Shown here: positions 9,524 through 19,665 of the stretch, one piece after another
How the letters are laid out: each line of letters starts with the position of its first letter
Numbering within the stretch: the stretch's first letter is position 1
DNA from: an uncultured Chloroflexia bacterium
Lineage (GTDB): Bacteria; Chloroflexota; Anaerolineae; Anaerolineales; UBA4823
Reading direction: 5' to 3'
DNA: 64,000 bases
Assembly (NCBI GenBank): GCA_963702535.1
Contig: CAVPDG010000007.1
Location: 4,949-68,948 of the forward strand
Notes under the pieces: model-generated
The model's database searches: none
Seen by the model: only the letters and a program-made list of their open reading frames with translations
Told to the model about the DNA's origin: nothing
Position numbers and translations under genes: made by a program

Positions 9524-10356
9524 GGAAACTCTCCTCTCGAAAAGTTATAAGACTTGTATTCTGCGGCTGCGTCGGCGGGCTTGGCAAGCCCCTGGACGAC
9601 AGCCTTGAGCCCGCGCAGGAAGGCGGTGGGATCGTCTGCCTGGATGACGTTGCGCCCAAAGACCACGCCACGCGCGCCGGCTTTCACGGCTTTGTACGCC
9701 AACTCGAGGGCGTCGATTGGGCGGGGGGTCTTTTCAGCCCCCAGGGCAAATATGGGGATGGGTGAGCCTTCCACCACCTCGGCAAAGCGCTCGCCAGTGT
9801 AGAAGGTTTTGATGGCGTCCGCCCCTAGCTCGCAGGTGATGCGGCACATCCTGCGGATGTAGTCGTGGAACTCGGCGGGGCGGGCGCGCAGCCCACCGAC
9901 GGGGAAGACCTCGCCCATCATGGGCACGCCCATGTGCGTGGCTTCTTCCGCAAGCGCGGAGAAGACGCTCACATTCTGGGCTTCATGGGCTTCATCGCCG
10001 GTCTGTAATACCAGGGATGCCATAACCACTTCGGCGCCGGCAGCAACGCCTGTGGCGACAGAGATGGCTTTCGTGGTGTACGCCTGGGTGTACTCCCAGG
10101 GCTCGCAGTGGATGGTGTTCCAGTTGAGACGGGTGATGAAGGTGGGGCTGCCTTTGCCGATGAAGAGGTTGCCGGTGAAGCGCACCATTTGCGAGGTGAG
10201 CAGTACGGCATCCGCTTCTTTGAGGCGCTCGGCAGCAACGGTGTATTTCTCCAGCCCTTCCATGGGACCAAAAGTCTGGCCGTGATCCATGGCGACGACG
10301 ACGGAGTTCTTGCCTTCTGGGAATAGCTTACTGAGTCGTATTTCTTTTCCGTTCAT
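9520..10356 (-). CDS. Class I aldolase of the DhnA/FbaB/LsrF family
   Basis: Start at MNGKEIRLSKLF, with an AGGAG motif 7 nt upstream. VVVAMDHG..., GADAIKTFYTG and ARGVVFGRNV are typical of DhnA-type aldolases. Paralog of 44052..44869. Confidence 0.75.
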   Translation of the reverse strand: MNGKEIRLSKLFPEGKNSVVVAMDHGQTFGPMEGLEKYTVAAERLKEADAVLLTSQMVRFTGNLFIGKGSPTFITRLNWNTIHCEPWEYTQAYTTKAISVATGVAAGAEVVMASLVLQTGDEAHEAQNVSVFSALAEEATHMGVPMMGEVFPVGGLRARPAEFHDYIRRMCRITCELGADAIKTFYTGERFAEVVEGSPIPIFALGAEKTPRPIDALELAYKAVKAGARGVVFGRNVIQADDPTAFLRGLKAVVQGLAKPADAAAEYKSYNFSRGEFP

Positions 10357-10457
10357 TGGATCTCCTGATGATTTATGTGCAGATTCTGCATAGCACCGCA
10401 TCCCTTACCCCCTGCCCTCGAGACTCGCTGGGGCAAGGGAGAAGGGAATGGGGTAGG

Positions 10458-11820
10458 CTACTTCGGTGAGAGCACCTGGACGATCTCTTCGAAGACTTCC
10501 ATGACCTTTTCTGCCTGGGCGTCGGTAATCACCAGGGGCGGCTTGATCTTGACCACGTTGCCCATGCCGGCGTACTTGGAGTTGCCGAAGAGCACGCCGC
10601 GCTGGATGCCCTCTTTCTCGAACTGGTAGGCTTCCTTGCGAGCGGGAGCTTTGGTCTTCTTATCGTAGACCAGCTCGATGCCGAGCATCAAGCCGGGACC
10701 GCGAATGTCGCCGATGAGCTCGTACTTATCCTTCATCTCGGTCAGCTTCTCGGTGAAGTAAGCGCCGACCTTCTGCGCTCGCTCCAACAAGCCCTCTTCC
10801 TGAAGGACTTTTATGGTGGCGATGGATGCGACCAGGGAGACGGGGAAGTGGGCGAAGGTGAAGGAGTGGTCGGCGGCTTTGAAGCCTTTCAGCCCGTCAC
10901 GCGAGAGGTGCCCGGCGATGGGGAAACCGCCGCCGAGGGCTTTGCCGAAGCACATGATATCTGGCACGGTATCATAGAGCTCGGAGGCAAACATGGTGCC
11001 CATGCGCCCGAAGCCGGTTTGCACCTCGTCCCAGATAAGCAGCATGTCGTACCGGTCGCACATCTCGCGGATCGCCTGGTGGTAAGCCTTGGGGAAGTTG
11101 ATCATACCGCCGCTGGCTTGCATCGAACTCCATGATCATGGCGATGGGCTGCCCGTCCATGGCGTTCTCGATGTGCTTGCCCATCATCTTGACGCAGAAG
11201 ACGTCGCATTCGGGGTAAGTGCGCTCGTAGGGGCAGCGGTAGCAGTAGCCCTGCGGGACGCGCACAACATTGCCGCTGTAATTCTGGAAGGGCCAGGGAT
11301 GGGGGTAGCTGAGGCTCATGCCCGCCAGCGTGCGCCCGGAGAAGGAATCCCAGGGTGCGACGAAGTACTTGCGCTCCGGGTACTCGCGCATGGCGAGCTT
11401 CATGGCGCCTTCGATGGCATTGGAGGCGTGCAGGCAGTAGTTGACGCGCTTGAGGTTGCCCGGGGGCGATCTCCGCCAACATGCGGGATAGCACCAGGCG
11501 GGGCATGGTCTCGAAGCTGGTGCGCACGTGGGTGAAGTAGTTGAGCTGCTCCTTGACGGCTGCCATCACCTTGGGGTGGCAGGCGCCAACGTTGAGGCTC
11601 CAGGCTTGCGAGGTGCAGTCGATGTACTCGCGGCCCTTCTGGTCCCAGAAGGAGGCGCCCGCGCCTTGGCGATCTGGATGGGCATCTCGCCGCCCACGGA
11701 GCCGCTGAGCAGGGCTTTCCGACCGGCTGCCATCTGCTCTTCGGAGGGGTTCTCGTACATGGCGCGCACCCAGGAAACATCTACATCTTTGGTAACGTCT
11801 TCGTACTCTAGCATGATCAC
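10458..11820 (-). pseudogene. Class-III (omega) aminotransferase, frame broken three times (about 11664, 11459-11466, 11123-11127)
   Basis: Four ORF fragments concatenate into one class-III aminotransferase: MIMLEYEDV...IQIAK | GAGASFWDQKGREYIDCTSQAWSLNVGACHPKVMAAVKEQLNYF...AEIAPG | NLKRVNYCLHASNAIEGAMKLAMREY...IAMIMEF | MQASGGMINFPKAYHQ...WDEVQTGFGRMG...FGKALGGG. The breaks at 11664 and 11459-11466 sit in G/C runs. Confidence 0.85.
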
Positions 11821-11845
11821 TTACTCCTTGATTGGATGGATATGA

Positions 11846-12868
11846 TTACGGTTCAACCACCACTTTGATGGCTTCGGGGTTGCGGGTAGCTAAGAAGCCC
11901 TGGGCGGTGTCCCCCAGGCTGAAGATATCCGAGACCAGGTCGCCCATGCGCAACTGGGGTAATAAGCTGACGGCGTTCTGGTAATCCTGGATGGTGCAGT
12001 CGATGGAGCCGTGGATGTGCAGCTCGCGGTAGTGCACGTCGTTGAGCTGCATGTTGAGCGTGGAGCCTTTGAGATAGCCGCTGAAGAAGAGCAGCGAGCC
12101 GCCGGCGCGCACCAGGTCGAAGGTCTGCTCGGTGGCAGGGACGCTGGCGGTGGCGACGATGACGCGGTCAAAGGCATAGCCGAAGCGGCTCTTGAGGTCG
12201 ACGACGGTGGGGTCCACAGCTTCGACGGCGCCCAGGTCGAGCGCCATCTCGCGCCGGCGGGGGAGCAGCTCGCTGCTGGTGACGCGCGCGCCCATCAGGC
12301 GGGCGAGCTGGATGAAGGTGGCGCCGATGGGTCCGCCGCCGACGACAAGCACCTGGTCGCCGATCTCGATGCCCACCTGGCGCAGGCCGTGCAGGCAGCA
12401 ACCCACAAGCTCCGCCAGGGCGGCGGCGCGGGGGCTGGCGCCGGCGGGCAGCTTGACGGCGCCGCCCACCTGCACCATCTGGGCAGGGATGTACATATAT
12501 TCAGCCATTGCGCCGTGCACGTTGCAGCCGATGACCTTGGCGGTGGCGCAGATGTTATCCTGCCCGTGCGAGCAGGGATAGCAGTGCATGCAGGGGATGA
12601 TGGGAGCGATGCCCACCAGGTCGCCGGGCTTGTAATCGCTGAGATCGGCGCCCACCGCCACCACCTCGCCGCAGACCTCGTGCCCCAGGATGACCGGGTT
12701 GATGTAGCGGGACGAGGGACCGTTGAAGTACATGCGCTGGTCCGAGCCGCAGATGCCGCAGGTGAGCACGCGGATCAGAAGCCCTTGCAATTCCATCTCC
12801 GGCAGAGCAAAGCGCTCGATGCGGATATCTTCCTTGCCGTACAGTAATGCTGCTTGCGTGTCTTTCAT
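11846..12868 (-). CDS. Zinc-dependent medium-chain alcohol/polyol dehydrogenase (sorbitol/threonine DH-like)
   Basis: 340 aa with CGICGSDQ, GHEVCGEV, a CMHCYPCSHGQDNIC structural-zinc motif and a GGGPIG Rossmann motif. Confidence 0.85.
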   Translation of the reverse strand: MKDTQAALLYGKEDIRIERFALPEMELQGLLIRVLTCGICGSDQRMYFNGPSSRYINPVILGHEVCGEVVAVGADLSDYKPGDLVGIAPIIPCMHCYPCSHGQDNICATAKVIGCNVHGAMAEYMYIPAQMVQVGGAVKLPAGASPRAAALAELVGCCLHGLRQVGIEIGDQVLVVGGGPIGATFIQLARLMGARVTSSELLPRRREMALDLGAVEAVDPTVVDLKSRFGYAFDRVIVATASVPATEQTFDLVRAGGSLLFFSGYLKGSTLNMQLNDVHYRELHIHGSIDCTIQDYQNAVSLLPQLRMGDLVSDIFSLGDTAQGFLATRNPEAIKVVVEP

Positions 12869-12949
12869 GTGCTGTCTCCTCGTAATTCGCAGTAAGCTGT
12901 CAGCGATCAGCGAACAGCTTCCAGATAAGATATAGGGTGAATACCCTTC

Positions 12950-13594
12950 TCAGGCGCCTGCCTGAGGTTTTTGACTGGTGAGCACTTCGCCAACGGCGCC
13001 GCCGGGGTGCGTGACGCCGAACTGCTTGGGGTCGAAGCCCTTCTCAGCGATGACCACGGCGCACAGGGCGTCGCACATGGCGGAGAAGGCGACGGTGCTG
13101 GTTGTGGCGAGGTAGCCGCCCAGCTCGTACTCCTGCAGGCTGGGGATGGGCAGGATATGCCCGCAGGCGCGCGCCAGGGTGGATGCGGTGTTGTTGACAA
13201 AAGCTACCGTGCTGGCGCCGCGCCCGTTGGCGATGATGACCATCTGGTTGACCTCTTTGCTCTCGCCGCCGCGCGACATGGCGACGAGCACATCGCCGGG
13301 CTGGATGACCAGCGTGTGCCCGTGCAGCCCGTCCTGGGTGGAGAGGAACATCGAGCGCCCGCCGGAGCAGGTGAGGATGTGGGCGAAGCGCTCCGCCACG
13401 GCAGCGGAGGTGCCTACCGCGGTGGTCCAAACCACGCCGGGGCAATCGCAAAGCAGGCGGGCAACCTGGGAGAACGGCTCGCCGAGCTGGTCTTGCAGCG
13501 CTTGCAGGGTCTCGACCTCTTGCTGGATGATCTGCTTGCCGGCGAGGATGGCTTGGGAGGGTGGCAAAGTTGGCATCAGGGTTCCTATTCTCAA
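12950..13594 (-). CDS. SIS-domain protein (phosphosugar isomerase / deglycase type)
   Basis: 214 aa with VWTTAVGTSAAVAERFA and VLVAMSRGGESKEV, which are SIS signatures. It overlaps the DeoR gene end by 4 nt. Confidence 0.7.
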   Translation of the reverse strand: MRIGTLMPTLPPSQAILAGKQIIQQEVETLQALQDQLGEPFSQVARLLCDCPGVVWTTAVGTSAAVAERFAHILTCSGGRSMFLSTQDGLHGHTLVIQPGDVLVAMSRGGESKEVNQMVIIANGRGASTVAFVNNTASTLARACGHILPIPSLQEYELGGYLATTSTVAFSAMCDALCAVVIAEKGFDPKQFGVTHPGGAVGEVLTSQKPQAGA

Positions 13595-14362
13595 ACCAGG
13601 ATCACTTCAATCCCCAGGTCGCGCAGGGCGGCGACGAAATCTGGGGGGGCATCGCTATCGGTGATGAGCTTGTCTATGCCGCTGACGGGCATGATGGTCG
13701 CCAGCCCGATGCCGCCGATCTTGCTCGAATCGGAGACGACGATGACCTCGGTAGCAGCCTGGACCATGGCGCGATCGACCTCGGCCTCCAGGACGTTGGC
13801 GGTAGTGAAGCCGTGGGAGAGGGTCATGCCGTCGGTGCCGAGGAACATCTTGTCGACATGCAGCCCTTTGAGCTGATCGACGGTTTGCGGACCGACCAGG
13901 ACTTCGTAGGCGTGGACGTAAATGCCGCCGAGCAGGATGAGGTGCACGCCAGGCCACTGACCGAACAGGCGCACGACGGGCAGGTGGGCGGTGACAACGG
14001 TGATGTTGCCGGAGGTGAGCAGCTCCTTATCCAGGAAGTGAGCGATCTGCAATGGCGTGGTGCCCGAGTTCGATGATCACCCTTTCGTCGCGGCGGATCA
14101 TCGCAGCGGCGGCGCGCCCGATGCGCTCCTTCTTCTCCCGCTCGGCGTCCAGGTACAGTGCCAGGGGGGTGGCGCTTTCCAGCGTGACCGCCCCACCATG
14201 CACGCGCTTCAGCAGCCCTTGCTCCTCCATGATCTGCAGATCACGGCGGATGGAGACTTCTGAAACACCCATATGCGTACTCAGGTCGGCAACGCGCACG
14301 GTGCGGTTGCGGCTCAGCTCATCCAGGATGGCAGAGCGGCGCTTATTGGTGAGGGCAGCCAT
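13591..14362 (-). pseudogene. DeoR-family transcriptional regulator, frame broken once at CCC 14063-14065
   Basis: The N-terminal HTH (ORF 14027..14362, ...RRDLQIMEEQGLLKRVHGGAV...VIIELG) joins the sugar-binding DeoR C-domain (ORF 13591..14052, TTPLQIAHFL...KMFLGTDG...VVSDSSKIG). Dropping one G restores LGTTPLQIA. Confidence 0.85.
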
Positions 14363-14573
14363 GGCTTGGGCGATTATCCTGAAAACCGATCGAATGCAAT
14401 TGAATATTTACGAATGAAACATTTTCAGGTTATTAATCTCGAAATATTGTACAATTATTCACCATTTCTGTCAATGCGGCTTTCATTAGAAACAAAAACT
14501 GTTTTCGTTTGGTGCGTTAAAAAAATTCAATTGAATGTGAGCGAGTAAGAGATGTTCTTGTTCGATTCGTTGA

Positions 14574-14775
14574 TTAAATTGGCTCGAATGGGTGGAAACC
14601 TGGCGCACGCTGCGCCTGTGGTACCGGGCGGGTCCGGGAGAGCCGTGGGCGATGCTCGGCGAGCCGCTGCAGCACCGCAATGGTGAGATCACCTTCAGCA
14701 CAGACCACTTTACCCAATTCGCCTTGTTCGGTGAGGCGGGCTACGAGATGAGACTTCCCGATGATTGTGCGCTAG
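14574..14775 (+). pseudogene. 3' remnant of a secreted-protein gene (C-terminal ~65 codons only)
   Basis: The open frame LNWLEWVETWRTLRLWYRAGPGEPWAMLGEPLQHRNGEITFSTDHFTQFALFGEAGYEMRLP... begins abruptly at an AT-rich/GC-rich boundary with no plausible N-terminus. Removing one C from CCC at 14757-14759 makes it end ...RLPMIVR-stop. Confidence 0.35.
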
Positions 14776-14947
14776 GGGGGCGAACAACTGCTGGCCCGGC
14801 GTTGAGCGCGCGCGACCATAACAGTTGACCGTCACAGATCCGGTGACTGCCGACTGGCAATCAGAAGAAGGTGGTTCAGGGGTTGTTACCCGTGAGCCAT
14901 CTTTTTTTGATCCCCTCGAATTGTTAAAACTTCGGTGAAAATGGCTG

Positions 14948-14976
14948 TTGACATACGACTGAAATTTCAGTATAAT
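14948..14976 (+). promoter_or_regulatory. Consensus sigma70-type promoter with an embedded 14-bp palindrome (candidate GntR operator)
   Basis: TTGACA (14948-14953), a 17-nt spacer, then TATAAT (14971-14976). The perfect palindrome ACTGAAATTTCAGT (14958-14971) fills the spacer and the first base of the -10. It lies 75-95 nt upstream of the GntR gene. Confidence 0.6.
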
Positions 14977-15050
14977 TTCAATAATATAGCACCAATGTTT
15001 TTGTTAGCCTGTACGTACGCCCGACCCGTAGAATAATGTGATCTTTATCC

Positions 15051-15752
15051 TTGAACGACTTGAATGGGTATATGCCAGAGCTGCTGCGGGACCAAATCTA
15101 CCAAAATATCAAGCGAGACATTTTGAGCGGCGTCTACCAGCCAGGCGAGCAACTGCTTGTCAGCCAGCTGGCGGAGCGTTACACCAGCAGCGTCACACCG
15201 GTGCGGGAAGCTCTGAGCTTGATGGAGCAGGAAGGCTTGGTGGATGTGCTGCCACGCGTGGGTTATTTCGTCTCGCATATCACGGTGCAGGATATTCGCG
15301 CCATGTACGACTACCGCATCATCCTGGAAGGGGCTTCGGCAGAGATGGCAGCCCGCTATATCACCCCAGAGGAGCTGGAAGCCCTGGCGAGAATACCGAG
15401 CGATTATATCCTGGGTGACAACGAGAGCTACCTGGAATATCTCAAGAACAACCGCGAGTTCCACCTTTCGATTGCCAGGGCATCCCACAACCATTTCCTT
15501 GCCCGAGCCGTTGCGATGATGTTAGACCAAACGCAGCGGCTCGTTTTTTTGGGGATTGGATCGCAGCAGCACACGGATGAGATCTTACAAGCCCATCCCC
15601 GGCTGGTCGAGGCGCTGCGGTACAGAGACGCTACATTCGCGCGTGAGATCATGATCGAAGGCATCAAGGCTGCGCGAGATGCAGCTATTGAGCAAATTAT
15701 TTACGGAAGCAACCTACCTGTTTACAAAACCGATTTGTCATCCATCGGTTGA
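15051..15752 (+). CDS. GntR-family transcriptional regulator (FadR/FCD subfamily)
   Basis: Winged HTH (LLVSQLAERYTSSVTPVREALSLMEQEGLVDVLPRVGYFV) followed by an all-helical FCD-like domain. The track start is TTG 15051; ATG 15072 (MPELLRD...) is an equally plausible start. Confidence 0.8.
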   Translation: MNDLNGYMPELLRDQIYQNIKRDILSGVYQPGEQLLVSQLAERYTSSVTPVREALSLMEQEGLVDVLPRVGYFVSHITVQDIRAMYDYRIILEGASAEMAARYITPEELEALARIPSDYILGDNESYLEYLKNNREFHLSIARASHNHFLARAVAMMLDQTQRLVFLGIGSQQHTDEILQAHPRLVEALRYRDATFAREIMIEGIKAARDAAIEQIIYGSNLPVYKTDLSSIG

Positions 15753-15915
15753 GTGAGAACCTTTCTGGCGGGGATGCTATCGGAAATAAAATCAAAGAGG
15801 AGGTCGTTATCGAGCTAACCACGATGCTTTACCCGAGTGCTGTCCAATGGATCGTAGGACAACAACCAATGTGTGTATCCTGTCACAGATATCGAAAAAC
15901 CTGGAGGAGTAAGCA

Positions 15916-17185
15916 ATGAAAGGAAAACTATTTACAATCGCCAGCATCTTGATGGTCATTTCCATGTTGCTGGCAGCCTGCGCCCAGACCCCCGCAGCCA
16001 CCACGGAAGCTGAAAAGGTTATCAAGATTGGATTGATCGCCCCTTACACCGGACCCAACTCGCGTGTAGGCGATGAGCTGAAAGCAATCCATGAGACGGC
16101 TTTCGGGGAAATCAACTGGGAAGTCTGCGGCTACAAGATCGAGCCGGTGTACATCGACGATGAGTCCGACCCGGAGAAAGCCGTGCGGGCGTTCAAGGAT
16201 GCCGTGCTCAAGGAGAACATCCAGGCGGCAACCGGCGGTTACCATAGCTCAGTCACCGTGGCGCTGATGGACCCGCTTGCCGAGAATAAGATCCCCTATT
16301 TCTTCCCACAGAACGAGTTCGAGCGTGATTGTTGAGAAGTGGAAGTCCGATCCTGTGAAATACGCCTACCACTCGTGGAAAGGTCGCCCGAGCCCCGTTA
16401 AGCTGATGGTGGGCTATGACCTGGCTTTGTTCAAGAAGGCGATTGCGAATGGCACCTGGGCGCCTGCCAACCAGAAGTTCTCCATCCTGTGCGAAGACAC
16501 CGATTTCGGTCGTGATATGTGCGCCGGCTTCAAGAATATGGCTGAAGGCAACGGCTGGGAGATGGTTACCGAGGACTATGTGCCTCTGGACGCCTCCGAT
16601 GTCTATCCTATCCTGACCAAGGTCCAGGCTGCAGACCCGTCCCTGTTCTTCATCTCCATGGGCGCCCCCGCAGTAGCCACGGGCATCATCAAGCAGACGC
16701 GTGAGGTTGGCTTAAACTCCTTGGTGATCAGCCACGGTTTGGGCTGGATCGGCGAGTGGTACGAGCTCACCGGCGATGCCGGCGATTACGTGCTGGATAT
16801 GATGCAGAAGTGGAGCTCACCCGAGCAAATCAAGTATCGTGACGCTTTCAAAGCGAAATACAACATGGACCCCAGCGCCAGCCTGTCGATCTCCTATGAC
16901 TACGATAAATTCTTCATCAAGATCATGGAGCGCGCTTGCGAGAAGTACGGCAAGCTGGACAAAGAGTCAATCTTCAACATCGGTAACGACGAAGTCAGCA
17001 AGGGCATTCTGACCTACAAGGATGGCTTGTGGTATGACGAGCTCAAGTGGGATGCCGACAGCCTGCCTGAGATGGTCGTAGGCGAAGGCTACTACCTCGA
17101 TCCTGTTGTCCAGTACTTCGGCGGCGAGGCCACGATCATCTGGCCCGAAAACAGAAAAGAAGCAGAGCTTCAGATTAAACAATAG
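15916..17185 (+). pseudogene. Periplasmic binding protein of a LIV/HAAT-type (branched-chain amino acid-like) ABC transporter, frame broken once around 16300-16325
   Basis: Lipoprotein signal MKGKLFTIASILMVISMLLAAC, then IKIGLIAPYTGPNS..., typical of LivJ-like type I binding proteins. The protein continues in a second frame (ORF 16277..17185: ...VIVEKWKSDP...FFISMGAPAVATGIIKQTREVGL...). Confidence 0.8.
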
Positions 17186-17204
17186 CTAGCCGGATGAAAC
17201 CAGT

Positions 17205-17232
17205 CCGGGGAGGCAAGCGATTGCCTCCCCGG
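17205..17232 (+). other. Perfect 12-bp stem-loop directly after the binding-protein gene
   Basis: CCGGGGAGGCAA, loop GCGA, then TTGCCTCCCCGG. It lies between the SBP stop (17185) and the ATPase start (17255). Confidence 0.55.
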
Positions 17233-17254
17233 CACTCATCTTGTCCTTAGGAAG

Positions 17255-18007
17255 GTGAGCATGTTACTACAAGTTGACGATGTAACGAAGCGTTTTGGTG
17301 GTTTGGTGGCATTGAGCCATGTCACGATGAACGTGGGTGAAGGCGAGATCTTTGGATTGATCGGACCCAACGGGGCAGGGAAGACCACCCTGCTCAATGC
17401 GATTGCCGGTGTGGGAAAACCCAACAGCGGTCATATTCGCTTTGATGGAAAAGACGTGACGGGCTGGACGCCTGAAAAAATGTGCCAGGCGGGCTTATCA
17501 CGGACCTTTCAGGTGCCGCGGAAATTTAAAAAGCTTACCGTACACGAAAATGTGCTCGTGGCGACGACATTCGGCTTGAAGAAGCCATCCAAGACCCTGG
17601 ATGAGCTTACCGATGAGGCATTGGAGTTTGTAAAGTTTCCACTGCCCTTCGACACGACTGCCAATAAATTGAACACATCGCAGCTCAAGCGGCTTGACCT
17701 GGCGCGCGCCCTGGCAAGCCAGCCGAAGCTGCTGTTGCTGGATGAGCCTGCTTCAGGTCTGACGCCGACGGAAGTGGAAAGCCTGATGGAGCTCATCCGC
17801 GAGGTCCGCAAGAGCGGTGTGACGATCATCCTGGTAGAGCACTTAATGAAAGTTATTATGAGCATTTGCGACCGCATGCTTGTGTTGGAGTACGGTTCGA
17901 TGATCGCCGAGGGTACTCCGAAAGAGATCTCCAGCAATCCCAAAGTGATCCAGGCTTACCTGGGTGAGGATTATCTTCAGGAGAAGGCAGCCGCTGCTGC
18001 CGGATAA
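17255..18007 (+). CDS. ABC transporter ATP-binding protein (LivG-like)
   Basis: Walker A GPNGAGKTT, signature-like LNTSQLKRLDLARAL and Walker B LLLLDEP. Confidence 0.85.
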   Translation: MSMLLQVDDVTKRFGGLVALSHVTMNVGEGEIFGLIGPNGAGKTTLLNAIAGVGKPNSGHIRFDGKDVTGWTPEKMCQAGLSRTFQVPRKFKKLTVHENVLVATTFGLKKPSKTLDELTDEALEFVKFPLPFDTTANKLNTSQLKRLDLARALASQPKLLLLDEPASGLTPTEVESLMELIREVRKSGVTIILVEHLMKVIMSICDRMLVLEYGSMIAEGTPKEISSNPKVIQAYLGEDYLQEKAAAAAG

Positions 18008-18018
18008 GGAGGGTAAGC

Positions 18019-18723
18019 GTGTTAGAAGTAAAAGGACTCCAGTCTGGGTACGGGGATTTGCAAATACTCTGGGAGGTTAACCTGGAGCTGGCGGAAGGCG
18101 AGCTCATCGTCCTGTTGGGTCCCAATGGGGCTGGCAAGACCACCACGCTGCGTACGATCTCCGGCTTGCTCAAACCGATAGCAGGTGAGATCAATTTCCT
18201 GGGCAAATCGATCCAGGGCATGCCTGCCAACGAAATCAGCAAGCTGGGGATCAGCTTTATCACCGAGGATCTCAACCTGTTCCCACAAATGTCCGTCAAG
18301 GATAATTTGCTGGTCGGCGCTTATGCGGTGAAAGACAAGCAAGGGATCAAGAAATCTATGGATTATGCCCTTGCACTCTTCCCCCGGTTGCAAGAGCGTT
18401 TCAGCCAGGAAGCGGGCACTTTGAGCGGCGGGGAGCGGAAGATGCTGGCGGTCGCGCGCGGCTTGATGGCGCAACCCAAGCTGATCCTGGTGGATGAGCC
18501 CTCCCTGGGACTCTCGCCGCTGATGACGAAGGCGACTTTTGACGCCCTGCAGACCTTAAAGAAGGATGGCACGACGATCCTGCTGGTAGAACAATTTCTG
18601 GGCAGAGCGCTGGAGATCGCCAGCCGGGGCTATATCCTGGAGCATGGCAAAATCGTGATGCATGCGCCAACCGTGGAGCTGGTAGAAAACGAGCGGGTAA
18701 AAGAAGTTTACCTGGGAATGTGA
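18019..18723 (+). CDS. ABC transporter ATP-binding protein (LivF-like)
   Basis: GTG start, Walker A GPNGAGKTT, signature LSGGERKML and Walker B LILVDEPS. Confidence 0.85.
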   Translation: MLEVKGLQSGYGDLQILWEVNLELAEGELIVLLGPNGAGKTTTLRTISGLLKPIAGEINFLGKSIQGMPANEISKLGISFITEDLNLFPQMSVKDNLLVGAYAVKDKQGIKKSMDYALALFPRLQERFSQEAGTLSGGERKMLAVARGLMAQPKLILVDEPSLGLSPLMTKATFDALQTLKKDGTTILLVEQFLGRALEIASRGYILEHGKIVMHAPTVELVENERVKEVYLGM

Positions 18724-18760
18724 TCCCATCTGGGCGAAGCCTCATAAAGGAGTGATATCA

Positions 18761-19657
18761 ATGGACATTGTTGCAGTGTGGAATGTTGTAGCGGTTGGGT
18801 TGGTGCGAGGTGGTTTATACGCTCAGATGGCGTTGATGCTTGCCCTCATCCTGGGTGTGATGAGCATCATCTCCATGATCAACGGCGAGATTTATATGAT
18901 CGGGGCGTACGTGGCTTACTTTGCTTTCACCAAGTATCACCTGAACCCCATCTTGGCGATCCTTTCCGCGGCGATTGTGACGTTTGTGGTGGGCGCGCTG
19001 ATCGAGCGCGGACCTCTGGCGGTGATGCGCAAACGCGCCGGTGAAGACTGGTACCTGAATACGTTTCTCATCACCGTGGGCTTGGCGTTTGTCATCCGCA
19101 ACCTGGCGGTGGTGCTCTGGACACCCGCGTACCGGGGCATTCAATGGTACTGGAAAGGCACGGTCAATATCGGCGGCATGGGCATATCCATCGACCGGCT
19201 GGTGGCTTTGACGATTGCAGCCATCTCGATTGTCGCACTACAGCTTTTCTTGCGGCGTACCCGCATGGGCCGGGCGATCCGCGCCGTGAGCCAGGATGAG
19301 CGTGGGGCAAAGCTGGCGGGAATCAACATTGCCAATATCTATACACTATCCTTCGGGATCGCCTGCATGTTGGGCGGTATTGCCGGAGCGAGCATGCTTT
19401 CCATCCTTCCAGCCTCACCCTACATGGGCATTGCTCCCAATAATTACGCCTGGCTGGTGGTTATGCTGGCTGGCTTGGGGAATATCGGTGGCGCGGTCGT
19501 CGGCGGGTTCTTGATCGGCATGGTGGAAGCCATATCCTATCAATTCTTTGGCGCTGGTTGGCCGTATGTGATCAGCATCTCCATCCTGATCCTCGTCATG
19601 GTGATCAAGCCGTCGGGTCTCTTCGGCACCTCTGTCAAGGGTGTTTGGGAAAGGTAG
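18761..19657 (+). CDS. LIV-type ABC transporter permease (LivH-like)
   Basis: Start moved to ATG 18761, with AAGGAG 9 nt upstream. Polytopic, with a typical LivH-like GNIGGAVVGGFLIG C-terminal motif. Confidence 0.8.
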   Translation: MDIVAVWNVVAVGLVRGGLYAQMALMLALILGVMSIISMINGEIYMIGAYVAYFAFTKYHLNPILAILSAAIVTFVVGALIERGPLAVMRKRAGEDWYLNTFLITVGLAFVIRNLAVVLWTPAYRGIQWYWKGTVNIGGMGISIDRLVALTIAAISIVALQLFLRRTRMGRAIRAVSQDERGAKLAGINIANIYTLSFGIACMLGGIAGASMLSILPASPYMGIAPNNYAWLVVMLAGLGNIGGAVVGGFLIGMVEAISYQFFGAGWPYVISISILILVMVIKPSGLFGTSVKGVWER

Positions 19658-19665
19658 GTCGAGCG

